Below, one piece after another: positions 57,890 to 64,000 of a stretch of DNA of 64,000 nucleotides. The notes below the pieces were generated by a model. It had not been told where the DNA came from. It did not search any database and worked only from the letters and a program-made list of their open reading frames with translations. The DNA lies in the NCBI GenBank assembly GCA_963835535.1, contig CAWIFL010000002.1, positions 649,011 to 713,010 of the forward strand. The letters run 5' to 3'. This DNA is from an uncultured Gemmatimonadales bacterium. Lineage in GTDB: Bacteria > Gemmatimonadota > Gemmatimonadetes > Gemmatimonadales > JACORV01. Positions within the stretch are counted from its first letter, which is position 1; the number at the start of each line of letters is the position of its first letter. Both the position numbers and the translations under genes were made by a program.

Positions 57890-59792
57890 AGATATGAATA
57901 TCGTCGGGGACGCGGACTTGACGCACCTCGCCAGAAATGCGGTCAAAGGGATAATCACCCAAATCTGCCCCACTGGTTTCAAGCAGGCTCCAGTAGAACA
58001 CGTCAAGCCCCGCCGCAATAGACGCCGTGGATGCACCACCAAAGCGCGTGTTACATTCGATGACGTGAATACCCTTGTGTAAATCCACCATCGCCTGCAC
58101 AACCACGGGGCCACGCACCTTCAGGGCCTGCACCACCACTCCAATCGCCGCTTCAATATCCGTATCGCGGAAGGTCGTTGTGACCTGTGACTCACCAGAC
58201 AGAACGAGGTCACGAGTGCGCAGCACGAGGGCCTTCACCTGATGGGAACGGGTTGCCCAAGCATCAATACTGATTTCGATACCTTCAAGGAACGGCTGAT
58301 AGATCGCGTCCTCCAACCTCGCGCCGTGCGCAAGTGCGGCCGCTCGGTCAAGATTGAGGCCAATTGACCGGGCACCGGCCCCATAACGCTCCTTCGCCAC
58401 ATATGGCCCCTTACCCACTTCATCAGGGTGCAGGCCCGCCGGGACGAAGGGCAACCCTCTAGCCAGGCCAAACTGCGCAAAGGCGAGCTTGTCACGGCAT
58501 GTCTCGACGCTTTCAACAGGCGAGACAACAACCTCAACGCCTTCTGCGGCAAACCGTTCTCGATTCCGGGACCAGAAAAGTAGCTCGTCATCCCGTGTTG
58601 GAATAACAACATGGATCTTGCGTCGCTTGCATCCGGCTACAAGCACCTCAATGGCAGCATCATCGAATCTTGGCGTGCGCCAGAACCCGTCAGCCACGTA
58701 GCGCGCTAGTGCGTTGTGATCGAGATCGCCGGCGATAACCTGGCTGCTAGGACTGACCCTCCGTGCGGCCTTCTGTACCGCCCGGACAAGCGGGATCTTC
58801 CTAGATGCACAGGTTACCAAGACGTTACCCAACGGCGCCGCCGCCACCTCACTGGCAGTAAGTCTTCCCATTTCATGAGCAATGACTTCCTGAATCCCAC
58901 TCTCAAGATCGTATTCAGGCACCCAGCCGACCGCCTTGCGGTATGCGGTCATGTCAGCCTGTGACGCTTCGAAGGGAATGTCAGAATTCTCTTCCCGCAC
59001 CTTCATGTTGGGGAAATGTGTGCGTAGGATGTCAACCACGTCCTGGACCGTGCGAGCACGTCCCGTACCAAGATTGAGAATACCTGCGACTGCATCGGCG
59101 TCCGCCAACCGAATCAAGCCTTCCGCCGAGTCCTTGGCGTACACGTAGTCAAACATGCCTTCTGGTCGGTAGACCGTAATTGACTCACCGGCGAGCAGCG
59201 CCCGGACCCAGCGCGAAATCACATCCCGTGAGTTGCGCCCGTAGCCACGATAAATTCGCGCACAGGCCGTCGTAAATGACTCGGCGCAAAACCTATCCAG
59301 AAAACGCAATTCAATTTCATGCGCGAACTTGGCCATACCAGTCAGATTGCGCGGCAGGACAGGGGCCGATTCCCTCAACGAAACAGGTGCGGTTTGCGGC
59401 CCATCAAACTGATACTGCGCTTGATCATAGATGAGGTAACTGGACGCGAAAACGACCCGCTTCAGAGACGGCACGCCCTTGGCGATGGTCATCAAGTGAT
59501 GGCTGAGCCGCACATTGTGCCAGTAGTTCTCTTCCCAGAAGCCATATGTCTCGGTGGAGCGTTCAAAGGTGGCGGCCAAATGGATGAACACATCGGGGGC
59601 AAAGGCCTCTAATTCACCCTTGGTTATCAGATTAAGGTCACCCTGGCGATAGCGTACCTCCTTAGCGAAGCCGGCGGGACGCGGCTTCAAGTCACCCACA
59701 AGAACCTTGGCGCCACGCGCGAGCAGCCGTGGGATCATTTCCAACCCGATTACCCCAGCACCACCGCTAACGAAGACTCGTTTGTTTTCCAT
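57873..59792 (-). CDS. Fusion protein: atypical extended-SDR domain (N-terminal ~310 aa) plus ATP-grasp ligase domain (C-terminal ~320 aa)
   Basis: The N-terminal domain has RVFVSGGAGVIG and FASSYLIY, but the YxxxK position reads PRNLTGMAK. The C-terminal domain has VLVTCASRKIPLV..., IPTRDDELLF, CRDKLAFAQF, YVAKERYGAGARSIG, QPFLEGIEISIDA and VIECNTRFGG, an ATP-grasp pattern. Confidence 0.7.
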   Translation of the reverse strand: MENKRVFVSGGAGVIGLEMIPRLLARGAKVLVGDLKPRPAGFAKEVRYRQGDLNLITKGELEAFAPDVFIHLAATFERSTETYGFWEENYWHNVRLSHHLMTIAKGVPSLKRVVFASSYLIYDQAQYQFDGPQTAPVSLRESAPVLPRNLTGMAKFAHEIELRFLDRFCAESFTTACARIYRGYGRNSRDVISRWVRALLAGESITVYRPEGMFDYVYAKDSAEGLIRLADADAVAGILNLGTGRARTVQDVVDILRTHFPNMKVREENSDIPFEASQADMTAYRKAVGWVPEYDLESGIQEVIAHEMGRLTASEVAAAPLGNVLVTCASRKIPLVRAVQKAARRVSPSSQVIAGDLDHNALARYVADGFWRTPRFDDAAIEVLVAGCKRRKIHVVIPTRDDELLFWSRNRERFAAEGVEVVVSPVESVETCRDKLAFAQFGLARGLPFVPAGLHPDEVGKGPYVAKERYGAGARSIGLNLDRAAALAHGARLEDAIYQPFLEGIEISIDAWATRSHQVKALVLRTRDLVLSGESQVTTTFRDTDIEAAIGVVVQALKVRGPVVVQAMVDLHKGIHVIECNTRFGGASTASIAAGLDVFYWSLLETSGADLGDYPFDRISGEVRQVRVPDDIHIYGSDF

Positions 59793-59800
59793 CTCTCCAT

Positions 59801-60352
59801 TTACCGTTCGTATGAACTGATGCAGCCATGCACGATCGAATCCACAGGCTGGCCATCGATTATCACGTGATGCCTTAGCGTTCCTTCTCGGCGAAAGCCC
59901 GCAGCCTCCAGCACAGCGATATGATGAGTGCGCGTCGCATAGGTTTCCGTGAAGATGCGCTCTAGTCCCAAGTCTTCAAAAGCAAGGGTCTTCATCAGCT
60001 TGAGGAATGGAGCAAAGTACCGCGTATAGTCACCTTTCCTGCCGGCCAGAAGCGGGTTCAACAGGAATGAGACTTCGGCTCGACGATGCTCCCAAGCGAT
60101 ATGTACAAGCGCGCCATATCCGATAGCAACCTCATTCTCCAGATAGATAAGAAGAATATTCCTTGGCCGCGGCACGTCCATTTCCGGCCAGACATAGGTA
60201 TCGTAGTACTCGCGTTGCTGATCAGGGGTAATGACCTCTGACTGCCGTAGGACACTCATCTGCGCGTTTCGCCACTGCCGAATGCTCTCGATATCGCTCG
60301 GCTGCACAGCCGCGAGAGCAAGCGCGCCATCTTGCAGCTTCCGCCTCGGCAT
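59801..60352 (-). CDS. GNAT N-acetyltransferase, PseH-like
   Basis: ATG 60352. LAAVQPSDIESIRQWRNAQMSVLRQSEVITPDQQREYY resembles the PseH/FlmH N-terminal signature. A GNAT core follows (IGYGALVHIAWEHRRAEVSFLL). Confidence 0.6.
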   Translation of the reverse strand: MPRRKLQDGALALAAVQPSDIESIRQWRNAQMSVLRQSEVITPDQQREYYDTYVWPEMDVPRPRNILLIYLENEVAIGYGALVHIAWEHRRAEVSFLLNPLLAGRKGDYTRYFAPFLKLMKTLAFEDLGLERIFTETYATRTHHIAVLEAAGFRREGTLRHHVIIDGQPVDSIVHGCISSYER

Positions 60353-60632
60353 ACATCTGTAGCTTCTTAGAGATTGCCCGTCCACATTGCTCCTCCAGCA
60401 CTTGGCACGTCCCGTCACGTGTCACTATACCTGCCACGTGCTCGCGCGGCGGATACAATGCGCGTCAGCGCCCCACAGCTGGCCGCCGCGGCGTGGCATC
60501 CTGACACGTCACCGAACTGTCGTATCGGCATGCGAGCTGAACTGCGCCCGCCCAAACGGCGCCCCATGGTCCGGTACCCGCCGACCTTTGCTGCGGCCAA
60601 GCTGCTTGTGGTCTGCGACCTAGCTGCTGCCC

Positions 60633-61823
60633 TCAGTGCCCGGCTGGCACTGGGGCTACGCGGCGCATCACGACCGTCAGCGCGTCGCACACGCGCGCGA
60701 CATCGGTGTCCTTCATCGCGTGGTACATCGGAATGCTGATCTCGTGCTCGTACCACCATTCGGCGTGCGGAAATTGCTGCGGGCCGTACCGCGCGAGATA
60801 GAATGGCTGCTTGTGGATCGGGATGTAGTGGACCTGCCCGCCAACACCCAGCCCCGCTAGATCGGACAGGACCTGCGCGCGGCGCTCGACGAGGACCGGG
60901 AACAGGTGATAGGCGTGCGTGCGGCCGGTCGGCTCCGCCTGCAATCCGATCCCCCGCACGCCCGCGAACGCTTCCCGGTACCGTGCCGCGATCGCACGCC
61001 GACGAGCCAGCCCAGCCTCAAAGCGCAGCAACTGGCTGGTACCGAGCGCCGCGAGGATGTCCGGCATCCGGTAATTGAAGCCGAGACGCTGCATCTCGTA
61101 CCACCAGGGACCCTCATGCCACTGCAGCCGCTGCGAGTCGCGCGTGATCCCGTGCGTGCGCAGCATCCGTGCCCGCTCAGCAAGATCCGCCCGGCTGGTC
61201 ATCACCGCCCCGCCCTCGCCGGTCGTGATGTGCTTGACCGGATGGAAGCTGAGCGTGGCGAACGCCGACGTGCTGGCGTCACCCACCTTCCTTACGCGGC
61301 CCTGTGCGTCCGTCCATGTGGCGCCGGGAGCATGGCAGGCATCCTCGATCAGTTCCACGCCGTAGCGCGAGCACAGCTCGCCGACCCGCACTAGGTCGCA
61401 CGGAAGGCCCGCGTAATGCACCACCACTACCGCCCGGAGGCGTCCCGGGCCCCGGTAGTCAGCGAGCAGCTCCTCGAGCGCTTGCGCCGACAGAAGACCT
61501 GTGTCCGGTTCCACGTCCACGAACGCGACGTCCGCGCCGCAGTATAGCGCGGCGTTGGCCGAAGCCACAAAGGTGATCGGTGGAACGACGACGACATCAC
61601 CGGGACCGATGCCGAGGGCCAGCATTCCGACGTGCAAGGCAGCAGTGCCCGAGCTCACGGCCACAGCCTCCTCAGCGCCGAACCGCTGGCACAGTGCCGT
61701 CTCGAATTGCCCAACGGCCGGGCCCTGCGTCAGCCAGTCGCCCCGCAGCACCCGAACCACCGCTTCGATGTCATCGTCGTCAATATGGTGATGCCCGTAT
61801 GGGATCACCGGCCCGTCAGTCAT
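60633..61823 (-). CDS. pseC: DegT/DnrJ/EryC1-family PLP aminotransferase, PseC-like (UDP-4-keto-6-deoxy-hexose transaminase)
   Basis: Intact 396-aa ORF. IPYGHHHIDDDDIEAVVRVLRGDWLTQGP, SSGTAALH, the SFHPVKHITTGEGG lysine motif and LRTHGI. Confidence 0.8.
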   Translation of the reverse strand: MTDGPVIPYGHHHIDDDDIEAVVRVLRGDWLTQGPAVGQFETALCQRFGAEEAVAVSSGTAALHVGMLALGIGPGDVVVVPPITFVASANAALYCGADVAFVDVEPDTGLLSAQALEELLADYRGPGRLRAVVVVHYAGLPCDLVRVGELCSRYGVELIEDACHAPGATWTDAQGRVRKVGDASTSAFATLSFHPVKHITTGEGGAVMTSRADLAERARMLRTHGITRDSQRLQWHEGPWWYEMQRLGFNYRMPDILAALGTSQLLRFEAGLARRRAIAARYREAFAGVRGIGLQAEPTGRTHAYHLFPVLVERRAQVLSDLAGLGVGGQVHYIPIHKQPFYLARYGPQQFPHAEWWYEHEISIPMYHAMKDTDVARVCDALTVVMRRVAPVPAGH

Positions 61824-62821
61824 GCGTCAATTGGCTCCGTCTCCGCTGGATCGAGGCCGAGCTCTACCAGCATGGCGCGCATCCGCTCTACGCTGAGCCA
61901 CTCCGTGTTCCGGTCGGAGGCGTACTCGAAGCGGTCCGGTACTCGCGGTGCGTCTTCATAGTTGCTCCCGTCCCAGTAATCCAGCTGGGGACAAACAACA
62001 AAGTGGTGCGGAAACTCGACGGTGCGAGGCGCGTCATCTGCCGGGATCATCAGCTCGTGTAGTTTCTCGCCCGGGCGAATGCCGACTTCGAGGATGTCGC
62101 AACCGGGAGCGACTGCCTCCACGAGGTCGAGGATCTTCATGGACGGGATCTTGGGCACGAACAGCTCACCACCGTGCATCGTGCGCGCCGCCATCAGGAC
62201 GAAGTCCACGCCGTGATCGAGGGTGATCCAGAATCGTGTCATGCGACGGTCGGTCACCGGGATTACCCCCGTCTGGCGCTGCTTGAGGAAGTAGGGGATC
62301 ACGCTGCCGCGGCTTCCCATGACGTTCCCGTATCGCACCACCGAAAAGCGGGTATTACGAGAGCCCACGTAGCTCTGCGCCGTGACGAACAACTTGTCCG
62401 AAACGAGCTTGCTCGCTCCGTACAGATTGATGGGCATCGCCGCCTTGTCAGTCGAGAGCGCCACGACACGCTCCACCCCGCAGTCAATGGCGGCGTCGAT
62501 CACGTTCATGGCGCCGTGCACGTTGGTCTTGATGCACTCGAACGGATTGTACTCCGCGATCGGCACGTGTTTCAATGCCGCCGCGTGGATCACTGTGTCG
62601 ATCCCGTGCATTGCGCGCATCAACCGGTCACGGTCACGGACGTTGCCGATGAAGAAGCGCAGCCGGGGGTCCGAGAACTCGCCAGCCATCTCGTACTGCT
62701 TGAGTTCGTCGCGGCTGTAAACCACGATGCGCTCAGGATCGTGCTCGCCCAGCATCCGGCGCACGAACGCCCTGCCGAACGACCCGGTACCGCCGGTGAC
62801 GAGGATCTGGTTCATGCTCAT
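61820..62821 (-). CDS. pseB: UDP-N-acetylglucosamine 4,6-dehydratase (inverting), PseB/FlaA1-like
   Basis: ILVTGGTGSFGRAF, HAAALKHVP, LSTDKAAMPINLYGASKL and VRYGNVMGSRGSVIP. 4-nt overlap with pseC. Confidence 0.85.
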   Translation of the reverse strand: MSMNQILVTGGTGSFGRAFVRRMLGEHDPERIVVYSRDELKQYEMAGEFSDPRLRFFIGNVRDRDRLMRAMHGIDTVIHAAALKHVPIAEYNPFECIKTNVHGAMNVIDAAIDCGVERVVALSTDKAAMPINLYGASKLVSDKLFVTAQSYVGSRNTRFSVVRYGNVMGSRGSVIPYFLKQRQTGVIPVTDRRMTRFWITLDHGVDFVLMAARTMHGGELFVPKIPSMKILDLVEAVAPGCDILEVGIRPGEKLHELMIPADDAPRTVEFPHHFVVCPQLDYWDGSNYEDAPRVPDRFEYASDRNTEWLSVERMRAMLVELGLDPAETEPIDA

Positions 62822-62831
62822 GAAGACCGGA

Positions 62832-64000
62832 CTAACCGTGAAGCGGGATCGCGTCGCGCGAGCGCTGCCCGTCGACTGTGCCGGAGCCCACCGCCTCCCC
62901 GCGCGCCCGGTCAAGATCAGGGAATAGCTTCCTCAACGATGCGGCCACATCACTATCATTGCCATCGCGCAGTGCATGTTCCCACGCCTCGACCCGGCTG
63001 CTCATCGTCGTGCCGCCGCAGCCGCCGTCGGTGAATACGAGACGCACTTTCGGGATCGCGGTCGGGCGGGTCTGCTCGTCGGGCGAGAGCAGCTGTTCAT
63101 GGAGCCGCTCTCCAGGGCGGAGACCGGTGTACACGATCCTGCCTCCGTCCCTATTGTCTAACCCAGCCAAGTGCAACAAGTTCTTCGCGAGGTCCTCGAT
63201 TCGCACCGGCTCACCCATCTCAAGCATCGCAATGCTCCCGCGCACCTCCGGCAAGAGCGAGGCTTGCAGGATCAACTGCACGGCCTCCTGGATCGTCATG
63301 AAGTACCGGGTCGCCTCGGGGTCCGTGACGGTCAGCGGCCTGCCGCTCTCCAGCTGCCTCTTGAAGATGGGGAGCACGCTTCCGTTGCTGCCAAGCACGT
63401 TGCCGAACCGGACGGCCGCGTACGTCGTGCCCTGGTGCCGTTGCCTGCAGCTCCAACACGACGAGTTCGGCGAGGCGCTTCGTCGCACCCATCACGCTCA
63501 CGGGCTGAACGGCCTTGTCGGTGCTCACGAGAACGAACTTGTCCGTGCCGTGGCGGCCCGCAGCGTCCGCCACCCGCCACGTGCCGATCACGTTGTTGCG
63601 GATAGCCTCGCGCTGGTTGCACTCCATCATCGGCACGTGCTTGTAGGCGGCGGCGTGATAGACTCGCTCCGGCCGGTGCTCGCGGAACACCCTCTCCACT
63701 GCCGCCGGATCAACGATGTCGCCGATCACCGGGACAAGGGTGAGATCGCGGGTGCTTCTCGCGCAACTCCATCCCGATGTAGAACAGATCCGTTTCGGCC
63801 TGGTCAAACAGCACCAGCGTCCCGGGGCCGTGAAGGGCAACCTGACGCGCCAGCTCCGAGCCAATGGAGCCCGCAGCGCCAGTGATCAGGACCCGCCGGC
63901 CCCGCAGGTCCGCAGCCAACTCGGGCAGAGTGAGCTGCACCGGCTCCCGCCCGAGCAGATCCTCGATTCGGACATCGCGGAGCTGATTGATACGGACGTC
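62832..64000 (-). CDS. CapD/WbpM/PglF-type polysaccharide biosynthesis dehydratase, C-terminal catalytic part; 5' end beyond the window; two frameshifts as assembled
   Basis: VLITGAAGSIGSEL, HAAAYKHVPMME, STDKAVQPVSVMGATKR and VRFGNVLGSNGSVLP are spread over three frames. Switches lie near 63748 and 63445. Confidence 0.7.

Noticed and set aside
60401-60425. TGGCACG resembling the -24 element of a sigma-54 promoter
   Set aside because: No TTGC(A/T) -12 element lies at the required spacing, and the orientation does not fit the downstream minus-strand genes.
55050-60632. Lower-GC block as a mobile element or genomic island
   Set aside because: I could find no integrase, transposase, tRNA target or flanking direct or inverted repeats. 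I report it only as a compositional anomaly inside a functional locus.
1-64000. CRISPR arrays, rRNA/tRNA genes, toxin-antitoxin or phage-defence cassettes
   Set aside because: I saw no repeat-spacer periodicity, no RNA-gene-like conserved segments and no ORFs with nuclease, ATPase-defence or toxin motifs. Every credible ORF fits polysaccharide biosynthesis or is a small unknown protein within it.

Overview
GC-rich bacterial chromosomal segment (about 70% GC in typical sampled 60-nt lines). Nearly all of its 64 kb is one surface-polysaccharide super-locus. No rRNA, tRNA, CRISPR array, transposase or integrase was recognised.

I read four concatenated modules:
- A (1-21.1 kb): GT2, WecB, a WbpB-like oxidoreductase, RmlC, a giant multi-SLBB outer-membrane exporter (OPX1), two Wzi-family beta-barrels, a Wzz-like co-polymerase, Wzy, Wzx, several GT2/GT4 enzymes and a WbaP-type initiating phosphotransferase.
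- B (21.1-39.1 kb): a second OPX paralogue, followed by a roughly 15-kb minus-strand operon. The operon holds two SDR epimerases, a WbpL-type initiating transferase, GT2/GT4 enzymes, two unknown proteins, a methyltransferase, an acetyltransferase, Wzx and DUF218. Most junctions are ATGA or GTGA start/stop overlaps.
- C (39.2-52.8 kb): a GDP-mannose 3,5-epimerase homologue, three GT4, Wzy, Wzz, an acetyltransferase, two KpsS/KpsC-like enzymes, Wzx and a methyltransferase.
- D (53.0-64.0 kb): a pseudaminic-acid-type nonulosonate locus (CapD-like, PseB, PseC, PseH-like, PseI, aldo-keto reductase). A visibly lower-GC four-gene insert interrupts it and carries two unusual domain fusions.

The most notable features:
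- About 20 apparent frameshifts, several sitting exactly in long G/C homopolymers.
- 7-bp tandem repeats inside both exporter genes.
- A conserved promoter-like block in front of both exporters.
- The atypical nonulosonate tailoring genes.

From sequence alone I cannot tell whether the frameshifts are assembly indels, phase variation or gene decay. All functional calls rest on motif-level recognition of the translated ORFs, not on database searches.
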